64,000 nt of DNA, from positions 11,306 through 75,305 of the forward strand of contig JAQUCP010000002.1 in the NCBI GenBank assembly GCA_028686135.1, in the 5' to 3' direction. Source of the DNA: Bacteroidales bacterium. Lineage in GTDB: Bacteria; Bacteroidota; Bacteroidia; Bacteroidales; UBA12481. Below are positions 25,201 through 34,639 of the stretch, piece by piece. The notes under the pieces were generated by a model. That model had not been told where the DNA came from and made no database searches. It was given only the letters and a program-made list of their open reading frames with translations. A program made the translations under genes and the position numbers. How positions within the stretch are numbered: the first letter of the stretch is position 1; every line of letters begins with the position of its first letter.

Positions 25201-25385
25201 TTCTTTATTTTAGTAGGTGGATTTACAGCTATGGCTTCCTGAATGGCTGCGGTGATCTCCTTTTTCGCATCTGCCTGCGGATTATAGATCTTTTTAGGGG
25301 TTTTTGTCTCCTCCTGGGCGATCAGGGAGCTGACTCCTATCGATAGAAAGATAACCAGCAGCACCAGGACTTTTCTCTTTAGCAT
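25197..25385 (-). CDS. small secreted hypothetical protein (62 aa), possibly the stump of a thioredoxin-like gene
   Basis: Signal peptide MLKRKVLVLLVIFLSIGVSSLIAQE. ATGA overlap with the rsmE start. No recognisable catalytic motif. Confidence 0.4.
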   Translation of the reverse strand: MLKRKVLVLLVIFLSIGVSSLIAQEETKTPKKIYNPQADAKKEITAAIQEAIAVNPPTKIKK

Positions 25386-25442
25386 AGCTGATAATTGTTT
25401 GCTGGTGTAAATTTAACCATCATGAGGAATTATCTTTGACGT

Positions 25443-25940
25443 ATGGTCAATATAGGAGTTTTGTCTGACACACATGGCTATCTCGATGATGCTGTAATGC
25501 GATTTTTCGAGAACTGTGATGAGATCTGGCATGCCGGCGATGCCGGATCAACCGATGTGCTTGATACCCTGGCGGCTATCAAGCCTTTGAGAGGAGTTTA
25601 TGGTAATATCGATGATTGGGATGTCAGAAGAATGGTGCCTGAGTTCCTGGAGTTCACTATCGAAGAGGTGCCTGTCCTGATGACACACATCGGATTCTAT
25701 TCAGGCCGTTATATTCCGGAGGTGGTGCGCAGATTTCGTGCATTCCAGCCCAAACTCTTTGTGTGCGGCCATTCTCACATCTTAAAGGTCAAATATGATC
25801 ATGACTTCAAACTGCTTCAGGTGAATCCGGGAGCTGCGGGAAAGTCAGGTTATCAACAGTTTAGAACTGCTGTTCGGTTTCAAATCAATGGCGATCGGAT
25901 CGAAGAGCTCGAAGTGCTAGAACTACCGCTCCACCCGTAA
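25443..25940 (+). CDS. YfcE/MJ0936-family metallophosphoesterase
   Basis: 165 aa. Motifs GVLSDTHG, HAGD, GNID and VCGHSH. Confidence 0.85.
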   Translation: MVNIGVLSDTHGYLDDAVMRFFENCDEIWHAGDAGSTDVLDTLAAIKPLRGVYGNIDDWDVRRMVPEFLEFTIEEVPVLMTHIGFYSGRYIPEVVRRFRAFQPKLFVCGHSHILKVKYDHDFKLLQVNPGAAGKSGYQQFRTAVRFQINGDRIEELEVLELPLHP

Positions 25941-28900
25941 CCGTCGAAGAAATTCCTGGACCTGACGCTCCTGGCCCGGATAGAATTGATACGGTTGCTC
26001 ATCTGGCCCACCGTCAACTGTTCGCTTCGATTCCTTGACATCTTTCATAAGTGTATTGAATCGATCAAAGGTTGGCCCGGAAATGCATTGCATCACTCCC
26101 CGACTATAAGTGAAGAAGAAGTACCCTTGCCGGTCGATCTCCAGATAAAGATTGAATGATCCGCCACCTCTACGGTGAACAATCTCCAGATACCCGTTCA
26201 GTCGCTTGTTCACCTGAGTCCCCTGGATCGCTCCCAACCCCAACTTCCCAACCGACTGATAGGTTCCGGTTTCCGGATTCCAACGCAGCTGGATATCGGT
26301 GAACACCAAGGTATGCAAAAACTCCTCGGGAATCCTCCTCCAGCGACCGGCCAGGCTCAGCTGATTCAATAGCTCCTCAGATCTGACCTTGCCTGCCAAC
26401 TCCCGTAGGTTCTGCCTGAAACCTGCAGTACTATAATTGACCGGCTCCAGCGTAGACGCACTATTGATGGATCGGGCCATGTATTCAAGAGCTTTATTAT
26501 CAAGATAAAAATCCATCGTCAGAATCAGGTCGGAACTAATGGTATCCTGGGTAAGATCATGACTCAATCGTCCAGCTCCTTTGATTTTTACTTGTCCCAG
26601 ATCAACTTGAGGATCTATTATTCCAGTGGCTTCTGTTGTGCAATTTCCTGGATTCCAGGTTAATAAAGGACCACCTAGGTCGGGATTTTTAAGTTTTGCC
26701 GTGGAGGTGATTCGATAGACCTGAGCCCCTTGGTCATACCATAGCTTACCTGATGCTTTCAGCACTGGCACATCGCTGTAACGCAGATGAGATCCGGCAA
26801 AAGTTGAGTATAATTCCACTGGCTGATTCGCCAAATAAAAGCCATTAAACAGCGTGTTTCCTTCATCGTTAATGGTGGTAGAATCAATGGGTATACAAAC
26901 CGAATCCGGGTAAATAATGTCTTCAAAATGAATCCACTGGAGAGGAATGTTTCTGCAGGGTTGCATCATCTGGGCATAGCCGTTGAATAACAGCGGAACT
27001 CGACTATTATCCCAAAATACCTCTCCATAGTAGCGAAATGCCGGACTGAGCGCAAAGTCTTCTCCTTTAGGTACTGATCCGTCCGCACTGGAAATCCCCT
27101 TATCTCCCGAACTGATTGATGGAAACCAGATTGAAAAATCCCTGCCGGCGATATCGGTATAGTGATAATTACCACTGCCAGTGTAGGTTCGGTGGTCAGT
27201 GATTTCAATAATGGCCTGGCTGAAACGGTGGGGAAGGGAGGTATCGCGACTGGCCATTGTTGCGTTGGTCAGACGATCAATCTTCCCGCCCTCGGAGATG
27301 GAAAGCACCTCCTGATCGGGATAGATCCTGACATCAGCGACATCAATGAACGTGACTCCAGTGGCCTCAAGATGACTGTTGCTCAAACCATAGATTGCCT
27401 CTTTGGCCGGTATCTGAAGGGAGTCTGACTTGCTTCGTGCCTGGCAAAGAACGGGGGATTCCATCTTCAGGGTCTCTGTATCCAGATCGATTTCAACCGA
27501 TTTTGGCAAGGCTTTGAACTGGTTTCGATGAAAAATCACCTGGGAGGATGTGTCAATTCCGAAAAGTTGTGCACGCTGATTTTTTAGATTGATAGAAGCA
27601 TTGAAGTTTAATGCTTCCAGGTTGCCCTCATTTTCCTTCTGTTGACTTCCAAGAATTTTCAGGAGTGACTCATCAGCAGTAAAGGAGTCGGCTAAAAACA
27701 GAATGCTTTCGGATGTGACATGATAGCGACCGTATTGAACTTTTCCTGATCCTCCTAATCCCTTGGGAGTCAGAATGATCTCTCCATCCAATTCCACTCC
27801 CTCGTACATGAGAAAGGGTCCTGTAGTCGAGCTTGCAATCAATTTATTCTGACCGGGTTGCCAGGTTACCGGGAGCTTTTCACCGCTGATCCCGGGATGC
27901 CCCGGACTATCGTCATTCTGTGTGATAGCAAATGTGTTGACTAGTGATGTCACCTGATCGGGCAAAAAGAGAAACGTATCGGATTCCATCCGTGATTCAA
28001 GGTACTCCAAAGCTCCAGTCCCAATCAATCCGGCCTGGCTCATCTGGATTTTTTCGAAGAACTTACCCTTTCCATGGTACACTGGGATCCCTTCTTCTGG
28101 AGTTTCAAGCGCTTTGAACCCCATAGTGTGGTCTTCCAAGTACCTCATTTCTAATTCTATCGGAGGAAAGATGCCGGCGGTAACGAACTGTCCGGGCAGC
28201 CGGAGCGAGTCGGCAAATGCGGGATCGTACATGTTGGCCATAACGAATGGGTCAATCCTGAAATAGAAAGACTCACGAGGATAGGCCCCGCCAACAATAT
28301 CCGGATGGTCGAAATAGATATAGGCAAACGTGTCGGTGGCAAATTGCGGATATTCTGGATAATCCTCTGCCTTTAATCCGGATTTGTTATTGGCCTGATC
28401 AATGTACAAGGCTCCTTGAGTACTCTCAATGGCTGATGCCACCTCGATCAATTGTTTTCCTGATCCATCGGAGGAGTCTTGTTTAAAAACGTTGAAATTC
28501 AGTTGGTTGAGGTTATTTAAACGGATGGCAAAGTCCTGATAGGAGAAAACAAAATTTTCTCCTGACAATTTCAGTACACCTCCGTGAATCTCTCCATCGA
28601 ACAGAATGTCTCGTCCTTTCAAAAGAGTGACGGTCTGTTCCTGAGGGTAAATGATCACATTTCTCGTCTGGCTTAAAATGATTTCCTGCACTCCCACTAC
28701 TTTCATCTTCCCATTTTGGATATCCAAGCGGGCATTGATGATGGGATGTTTGGTGACCGATTCAAACCGCAGACTGTCATAATCCTGTATAGTGGCATTC
28801 TTTTCGATAAAATTGTAAGACCGGTCCAGCACCTCAATGACTTTGGTATCAGGATTATATCGCACAAATCCCATAAATGAGAGTCGCAAAAGCATCTGCT

Positions 28901-30356
28901 CAACCAAGTGATTGGGCTTTTCCATCGAGCGAGCCAGATCGTCGAGCGTATAAAAATGAGTGCCCATTTGATCCGCTGCCTTTTTGATTGCCACGACTGG
29001 ATGAATTCTATCAGCCAGCAGAATCTCATTATATCGCCCAATATGGAAAAAGTCTGAGGATTCAAACAGAACCCGGTTTTCAGACTTGCCTGGTAAGTTG
29101 CTGATAGTGATTATGGTATCAGTTCTGTTCCAACTTATTAGATTGGCATCCAGGTCGAAATCGTGGTAGGTGTCAAAGAATCGGGATGGTGACAATCCTT
29201 TTCCATCGCGGGAGAGGGAAACTTCATCCTGGGTACTGTTGTATTGAAAAAGAATCCCCGGGTGGAATATCGAGTCGGATTCAATGTAGATGGTTGCTTC
29301 TGCGTTGACAGCTCGTGCCATGACGGTTTGAAAATCGAAATGGGTAGCCGCGATTCTGAACAAGGGAGTTCCCTCCCGGAAGATTTGGAGGGTGCTTCGC
29401 TTTTCGCTTGTACCAGTACCGATGAGACTTTTTCCCTGGATCATGAATCCTCCGGTGTAGTCCATTTCTGGAAAGATATTCTTGATCCGGTTGTTATACC
29501 CGTAAGCAGTAAACTTTGGGTAGGTTGCCAGGTTTGGATTGATTCCATAGAGGATTTTGTTTTCAACCCTGCCCAGAATCGGTTCGTTAAAATAGCGTCG
29601 GTCGATCAGGTTGACCGAGTCGATATCGACGCTCGATTGGGAAAGATTCAGCCGGTAGTGGTTTAACCTTACTTTAACCTGATCTTTCGGTATGCCTAGC
29701 TGTTCCCAGGTTATCTCGCCACCTTTTCCAACAAACAGTTGGTGGTCAGGGTAGTATTTCCCTGACGTTGAGAATATTACGATGCTGTCTTTTCTGTCAA
29801 GAGCGATCAGCTCAGTATTTCTGAGAATAAAATGAAAAGCGGTATCACGGCCGAATTGGATGTTTCCGTGTGTTTTCCAAGTGATAAAGGAGGCTTTAAA
29901 TAGGATTCCCTCCTTGACAAATGCCTCTGTGTTTTCCAGGAAACTTATAGTCAGCCTGAGGCTGGGTTTCGAAACGGAAAGCATCTTGGTCAGTTGTTCC
30001 GACCAGTAGCGGTAATCTTCGGGTTGATCAGTGAATGTTACTACCGCGCAGAAGGAACGGATCAGTTGATTGATGTAATTAGCGGGTCTTCTTTCCAATC
30101 GATCCAGCTGGTTTGCCAAACTGGCCAGGTCAATCCATTGGTTCTCCTCAATTTGTCCAGTGCGTTGCAGTCGCTCCAGTTCCTGAATGTTTTGTTTGAC
30201 CTGATTCGCAGGTTTTCGCCCGAACAGATCTTCGATCTCCTGGATAAAAAGGTGTGGGTCGGGATGAAAACGGACTGATTGCTGGCTATACAGCGGGAGG
30301 GCAGTCACCATAAGGGTGATCAATATAATCAGTGATATGGACCCTCTCGGTTTCAT
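25923..30356 (-). CDS. very large secreted protein of unknown function (1477 aa)
   Basis: Start placed at ATG 30356 (MKPRGSISLIILITLMVTALPLYSQQ, signal peptide). The track start at 30380 falls inside the tpiA terminator hairpin. I recognise no family motif. The composition is beta-rich and there is no obvious internal repeat. Confidence 0.7.
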   Translation of the reverse strand: MKPRGSISLIILITLMVTALPLYSQQSVRFHPDPHLFIQEIEDLFGRKPANQVKQNIQELERLQRTGQIEENQWIDLASLANQLDRLERRPANYINQLIRSFCAVVTFTDQPEDYRYWSEQLTKMLSVSKPSLRLTISFLENTEAFVKEGILFKASFITWKTHGNIQFGRDTAFHFILRNTELIALDRKDSIVIFSTSGKYYPDHQLFVGKGGEITWEQLGIPKDQVKVRLNHYRLNLSQSSVDIDSVNLIDRRYFNEPILGRVENKILYGINPNLATYPKFTAYGYNNRIKNIFPEMDYTGGFMIQGKSLIGTGTSEKRSTLQIFREGTPLFRIAATHFDFQTVMARAVNAEATIYIESDSIFHPGILFQYNSTQDEVSLSRDGKGLSPSRFFDTYHDFDLDANLISWNRTDTIITISNLPGKSENRVLFESSDFFHIGRYNEILLADRIHPVVAIKKAADQMGTHFYTLDDLARSMEKPNHLVEQMLLRLSFMGFVRYNPDTKVIEVLDRSYNFIEKNATIQDYDSLRFESVTKHPIINARLDIQNGKMKVVGVQEIILSQTRNVIIYPQEQTVTLLKGRDILFDGEIHGGVLKLSGENFVFSYQDFAIRLNNLNQLNFNVFKQDSSDGSGKQLIEVASAIESTQGALYIDQANNKSGLKAEDYPEYPQFATDTFAYIYFDHPDIVGGAYPRESFYFRIDPFVMANMYDPAFADSLRLPGQFVTAGIFPPIELEMRYLEDHTMGFKALETPEEGIPVYHGKGKFFEKIQMSQAGLIGTGALEYLESRMESDTFLFLPDQVTSLVNTFAITQNDDSPGHPGISGEKLPVTWQPGQNKLIASSTTGPFLMYEGVELDGEIILTPKGLGGSGKVQYGRYHVTSESILFLADSFTADESLLKILGSQQKENEGNLEALNFNASINLKNQRAQLFGIDTSSQVIFHRNQFKALPKSVEIDLDTETLKMESPVLCQARSKSDSLQIPAKEAIYGLSNSHLEATGVTFIDVADVRIYPDQEVLSISEGGKIDRLTNATMASRDTSLPHRFSQAIIEITDHRTYTGSGNYHYTDIAGRDFSIWFPSISSGDKGISSADGSVPKGEDFALSPAFRYYGEVFWDNSRVPLLFNGYAQMMQPCRNIPLQWIHFEDIIYPDSVCIPIDSTTINDEGNTLFNGFYLANQPVELYSTFAGSHLRYSDVPVLKASGKLWYDQGAQVYRITSTAKLKNPDLGGPLLTWNPGNCTTEATGIIDPQVDLGQVKIKGAGRLSHDLTQDTISSDLILTMDFYLDNKALEYMARSINSASTLEPVNYSTAGFRQNLRELAGKVRSEELLNQLSLAGRWRRIPEEFLHTLVFTDIQLRWNPETGTYQSVGKLGLGAIQGTQVNKRLNGYLEIVHRRGGGSFNLYLEIDRQGYFFFTYSRGVMQCISGPTFDRFNTLMKDVKESKRTVDGGPDEQPYQFYPGQERQVQEFLRRLRVER

Positions 30357-30363
30357 CAGCAGT

Positions 30364-30399
30364 AAAAAAAGGCAATCCAAGGTATAACGGATTGCCTTT
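30364..30399 (-). terminator. Rho-independent terminator downstream of tpiA
   Basis: Perfect 11-bp stem aaaggcaatcc (30368..30378) pairs with ggattgccttt (30389..30399) around a 10-nt loop. On the minus strand it is followed by a T7 run (A-run 30364..30370 on plus). Confidence 0.8.
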
Positions 30400-30422
30400 G
30401 AAAAAATGATTAAGCTTCTCTT

Positions 30423-31184
30423 TTAGAAAGAGTGTATGATTTTGTGGAATTCCACAGCATCCAGCGAAGCTCCACCGATCAATCCTCCGTCGACATCCGG
30501 CTGAGCAAACAGTTCAGCAGCATTGGAGGCTTTGCAGCTTCCGCCGTAAAGAATGGTTGTGTCATCGGCAATCTGTTGACCGTAGCTTGCACGAATGAGG
30601 CTTCTGATGAAACGATGTATCTCCTGTGCCTGTTCTTTGGTAGCTACCACACCGGTTCCAATGGCCCAAACCGGCTCATACGCGATAATCAGCTTGGCAA
30701 ACTGGTCCGGTTCAAGATGGAAAACGCTCTCTTTTAATTGATTTTCAACGATTTGGTTCTGGATGCCGGCATTTCGTTCCTGAAGTACTTCACCACAGCA
30801 GAAGATTGGTCTCATTCCATGTTTCAGGACTTGGTCCACTTTTGTTGCCAAGATCGCATGATCTTCGTGAAAGATCGATCGTCTTTCGGAGTGGCCAATA
30901 ATGACAGCCATAACTCCGATGTCGGATAACATCGGCGCAGCGACTTCACCAGTGAAGGCTCCGCTCTCTGCAAAGGAACAGTTTTGGGCAGCCAGGCATA
31001 TTTTTTTTGGATCAATAACTTTTGCGACTTCCATAAGATGGGTAAATGGGGGTGCAATGGCAACTCCAACTCCTTCGGGTTGGGGGTTCTCGTTCAACAG
31101 TTTCATCAGGTCGGTAGCTAGTTGCACGCCGTTGGATGGTGTGGTGTTAAGCTTCCAGTTACCAGCAACAATCTGCTTTCTCAT
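30423..31184 (-). CDS. tpiA: triosephosphate isomerase
   Basis: 253 aa. Motifs VAGNWKLN, IIGHSERR, AYEPVWAIGTG and GGASL. Confidence 0.95.
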   Translation of the reverse strand: MRKQIVAGNWKLNTTPSNGVQLATDLMKLLNENPQPEGVGVAIAPPFTHLMEVAKVIDPKKICLAAQNCSFAESGAFTGEVAAPMLSDIGVMAVIIGHSERRSIFHEDHAILATKVDQVLKHGMRPIFCCGEVLQERNAGIQNQIVENQLKESVFHLEPDQFAKLIIAYEPVWAIGTGVVATKEQAQEIHRFIRSLIRASYGQQIADDTTILYGGSCKASNAAELFAQPDVDGGLIGGASLDAVEFHKIIHSF

Positions 31185-31218
31185 CGTATTTTTTTATTTA
31201 TGATTAACTAATCGTAAT

Positions 31219-32352
31219 TTATTCCATTTCAGGGAATTCCTTCAGTAGCTTATCAGGTGAGGGGAGGGCGCGATGGGGCCATTTCCCCAGGATCGTACCA
31301 TTTTTCAACAGCATGAGTCCGGGGTTGCTGCGAATCATGGTTTTCAGGGTTATTGGATCAGTATTGTAAACTTCGAAATCAGTGCCGGTCTCGTCCTTGA
31401 AGCGCTGGTTATCCTCGATAGAAGAGCCAGACAACATGATAATCCGGTGTTGATGCTCGTGAGCAAAACGGGCGATCTCATTGAATTGCTGGCCATGTTT
31501 TCTAGAGGCTTTCCGGATGTTATAAGAGAGTACCAAAAAGGTGAATCCGGGATCTTCTAAAACCTCATAAGTAATATCTTCTTCCTCAGAGTTCACGACT
31601 CGTCGAATGCTGAAATCGTGAATGGGTGGGACATATCCTTTCTTGATGAGCTCACTTTTGGTATCGACCCATTCCCAAGTGCTGTCATTGGCAGGATAAT
31701 TCTCCAGGGTGAAATTTTTCACAACATCCCCTTTTCGATAGATCAGCGTGATTTTAAATTCATCTTGTGGTGCGTCCTCCGGAATTATCATGCCTTCCAG
31801 GATATTCTGACCTGTGGAATAGGGGAGAAAGTCGACCACTGGCAGGTACGTGAGGTTATACCACTCGAACCCCAGTATCAGTAAGGCTGCGATGATGGTA
31901 CCGGGTAATTGCCACTTGAAGCGGATCAGGTTGGTAAATGTTTTTCGCCTGATAAACAGAATGATCAGGAAGATGTCAAGCACAATATTTTTGATGAAAG
32001 TTTCCCAGTTGGTCATTTTCACCGCATCGCCGAAACAGCCGCAATCCTGGACCTTATCTGTCAGCGCGAGCCATAGTGTTAGGGGTGTGAACACCAACAT
32101 CAGTAAGACTGCCATCCAACTAGCCCAGACGACCCGCAGATTTACTAGCAACATAAATCCTACCAGCAGTTCCGTTGCACACATGATGACCGAGAGTGTC
32201 AGGGAGAGCGGAATAAAAAAATCCAGTCCCATGGCAAGAAAGTAATCTTCGAACTTGTACGCGGTACCGAGCGGGTCAATGCATTTGACTACTCCGGAAA
32301 AGATAAAAACGAGTGCAACGATGTTTTTGCTGATGATCCCGGCAAACTTCAT
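31219..32352 (-). CDS. DoxX/MauE-like membrane domain fused to a thioredoxin-like C-terminal domain (BT_3928-type protein)
   Basis: 377 aa. The N-terminal ~160 aa has 4-5 TM helices and a CGCFGD motif. The C-terminal soluble part has an alpha/beta pattern. It sits in the conserved Bacteroidota neighbourhood with DUF1599, folP and tpiA. Confidence 0.55.
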   Translation of the reverse strand: MKFAGIISKNIVALVFIFSGVVKCIDPLGTAYKFEDYFLAMGLDFFIPLSLTLSVIMCATELLVGFMLLVNLRVVWASWMAVLLMLVFTPLTLWLALTDKVQDCGCFGDAVKMTNWETFIKNIVLDIFLIILFIRRKTFTNLIRFKWQLPGTIIAALLILGFEWYNLTYLPVVDFLPYSTGQNILEGMIIPEDAPQDEFKITLIYRKGDVVKNFTLENYPANDSTWEWVDTKSELIKKGYVPPIHDFSIRRVVNSEEEDITYEVLEDPGFTFLVLSYNIRKASRKHGQQFNEIARFAHEHQHRIIMLSGSSIEDNQRFKDETGTDFEVYNTDPITLKTMIRSNPGLMLLKNGTILGKWPHRALPSPDKLLKEFPEME

Positions 32353-32359
32353 AAACTAA

Positions 32360-32902
32360 CTATTCTTTGATATCAATTTTAATTAATGCAAAAACAGCAT
32401 AATTGATCATATCCAGATAATTGGCTTCTACTCCTTCTGAAACGATTGTTTTCCCTTTCCGGTCTTCGATCTGCTTTGTCCGGAATATCTTCATCAGGAT
32501 CAGATCGGTGTAGGAGGAGATCCTCATCGAGCGCCAGGCCTCACCATAGTCATGGTTCTTAGCCTGTAGAAGCTTTCTGGCTTTATCAACTTGGTTATTA
32601 TAGGCAAGCAATGCCTGATCCGGGTCCATTTCGATAGGTTCCGGATCAGTTAATTCCAATTGAATCAGAGCAATTATCCCATAATTGACAATTCCAATAA
32701 AATCGGATCGGATGTCATCATCAACCTTTTGAGTGCCTTTTTCCTCAATAGATTTGATGCGCTGTGCTTTGATGTAAATTTGATCGGTCAGCGATTTGGG
32801 CCTCATGATTCTCCAGCTGGTGTTGTAATCACTCATTTTTTTTACAAAAAGCTGGCGGCATGTTTCGATGACCTGGTCGTATTGGGACAGTGTTTTCTTC
32901 AT
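32360..32902 (-). CDS. DUF1599 domain-containing protein (two tandem copies)
   Basis: 180 aa with an internal duplication: KKMSDYNTSWRIMRPKSLTDQIYIKAQRIKSIE and AKNHDYGEAWRSMRISSYTDLILMKIFRTKQIE. Confidence 0.7.
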   Translation of the reverse strand: MKKTLSQYDQVIETCRQLFVKKMSDYNTSWRIMRPKSLTDQIYIKAQRIKSIEEKGTQKVDDDIRSDFIGIVNYGIIALIQLELTDPEPIEMDPDQALLAYNNQVDKARKLLQAKNHDYGEAWRSMRISSYTDLILMKIFRTKQIEDRKGKTIVSEGVEANYLDMINYAVFALIKIDIKE

Positions 32903-32988
32903 CCTTCGATTTTAACCGCCTAAATTAAGAATTGCTGAGGAAAAGCACGGACAAAGTCTTACATTTATGCATCAATTTACCTGTTAAA

Positions 32989-33867
32989 ATGAGTGAGATG
33001 ACAAGTCATCCGGGAAGGCCCTATTTGATCCGTGTCGGCAACCAGTTGTTATCGCTGGAACGTCCGGTTGTTATGGGTATCATCAATGTCACGCCTGACT
33101 CATTTTATGATGGGGGGCGCTATGATACCGCGGAAATGGCCCGCCTTAAAGCCGGGCAAATGTTGGCAGATGGTGCCTCCATGATTGATGTAGGTGCCTG
33201 TTCAACACGCCCTGGGTCTCCGCCAGTAGATCAGGAAACTGAAAAGGAGCGTCTAAAGCCGGTTTTACATAACATCAGGAAGTCGTACCCCGAGGCTGTC
33301 ATCTCGGTGGATACCTTTCGTTCCTCTATTGCTTCCTGGGTGGTGAAAGAGTTTGATGTTCAGATCATTAATGATGTTTCAGGTGGCCGCCTGGATCCGG
33401 ATATGTTTCGAACTATCGGACGATTAAAGGTTCCGTATGTTCTGATGCACATGCAGGGCACTCCTAATTCCATGCAGAATAATCCAGTTTATCAGGATAT
33501 TGTCGGGGATATTTCAGTTTTCTTCTATGAACGCCTTAGTGAACTACGCTCCTATGGGGTTAGCGATATCATCTTGGATCCCGGTTTTGGCTTTGGAAAA
33601 ACGATCGACCACAACTATGAATTGTTATCGAGGCTCGATGAGTTTGCAATGTTCGACATGCCTTTATTAGTTGGAATGTCAAGAAAATCAATGATTTACA
33701 AGGTTCTTAATAATTCGCCGGAATCTGCCCTGAATGGTACGTCCGTTCTTAACACGGTGGCACTGTTGCATGGAGCCAGTATCTTACGCGTTCATGATGT
33801 GAAACAAGCAGTTGAGGCTATTAACCTAGTTCAAAAACTAAAGATGAGTTATGGGTTTTCTGTTTGA
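32989..33867 (+). CDS. folP: dihydropteroate synthase
   Basis: Start moved to ATG 32989 (MSEMTSH...), because the track start at 32932 is a TTG. Motifs VMGIINVTPDSFYDGG, IDVGACSTRPG, INDVSGG, DPGFGFGK and LRVHDV. Confidence 0.9.
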   Translation: MSEMTSHPGRPYLIRVGNQLLSLERPVVMGIINVTPDSFYDGGRYDTAEMARLKAGQMLADGASMIDVGACSTRPGSPPVDQETEKERLKPVLHNIRKSYPEAVISVDTFRSSIASWVVKEFDVQIINDVSGGRLDPDMFRTIGRLKVPYVLMHMQGTPNSMQNNPVYQDIVGDISVFFYERLSELRSYGVSDIILDPGFGFGKTIDHNYELLSRLDEFAMFDMPLLVGMSRKSMIYKVLNNSPESALNGTSVLNTVALLHGASILRVHDVKQAVEAINLVQKLKMSYGFSV

Positions 33868-34636
33868 TTCTTTCGGTCTGCTCGATCTGTTGGATATTCT
33901 CTTGGTTGCCTTTCTGATTTATCAAATTTATCATTTGGTCAGAGGTACCGTAGCTGTTAACATTTTTTACGGCATTTTTTTGATATACATTACTTGGTTG
34001 ATAGTCAGGGCTTTAAAGATGGAGCTACTGGGGAGTATTCTTGGTCAGGTGATTGGGCTTGGACTGGTAGCTTTGCTCATTGTTTTTCAGCAGGAGGTGC
34101 GGCGGTTTCTGTTAGTTTTAGGGACACGCTATTTTCGAAATCATTCCTTCTCTTTTGAGCGGTTTTTTAATCTCAATAATCGTCAACCCAAGCATTGGAG
34201 CTATGATCAGGTTGTTCTGGCCTGTAAAAGGATGTCGTCAGTTCGTACTGGAGCTTTGATTGTGATCGCCAAGCGATCAGAGTTGAGGGCTTTTGCCGAA
34301 ACCGGCTGTCCGGTAGATGCCAAAATCACGTCGGATTTACTGGAGACGATCTTTCACAAAGATACGCCGCTGCATGACGGTGCCGTGATCATTGCGCGAA
34401 ACCGAATTTCTGCTGCCCGATGTGTTCTGCCGGTGACAGAAAAAACGGATATTCCGGGCACTCTGGGGCTTCGTCATCGTTCTGCCATTGGGATGTCAGA
34501 GAATAGTGACTCCTTTGTTATCATTGTTTCTGAGGAGACTGGAGCGATATCGTATGCTAATCAGGGTCAGCTGGTACAAAATGTAAAGCCGGCAGAACTG
34601 ATGAAGTTACTGCCGGCTTTAGAGCTCGAAAATTAG
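33851..34636 (+). CDS. cdaA: diadenylate cyclase CdaA (membrane-anchored DAC domain)
   Basis: 261 aa with three N-terminal TM helices. DAC motifs GALIVI, LHDGAVII, GLRHRSAIG and VSEETG. It overlaps folP by 17 nt. Confidence 0.88.
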   Translation: MGFLFDSFGLLDLLDILLVAFLIYQIYHLVRGTVAVNIFYGIFLIYITWLIVRALKMELLGSILGQVIGLGLVALLIVFQQEVRRFLLVLGTRYFRNHSFSFERFFNLNNRQPKHWSYDQVVLACKRMSSVRTGALIVIAKRSELRAFAETGCPVDAKITSDLLETIFHKDTPLHDGAVIIARNRISAARCVLPVTEKTDIPGTLGLRHRSAIGMSENSDSFVIIVSEETGAISYANQGQLVQNVKPAELMKLLPALELEN

Positions 34637-34639
34637 CTG

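Noticed and set aside
30357-30380. The track start of the 1485-aa ORF at 30380 (MDCLFLLLM...).
   Set aside because: These codons lie inside the 11-bp-stem tpiA terminator hairpin. ATG 30356 gives a standard signal peptide.
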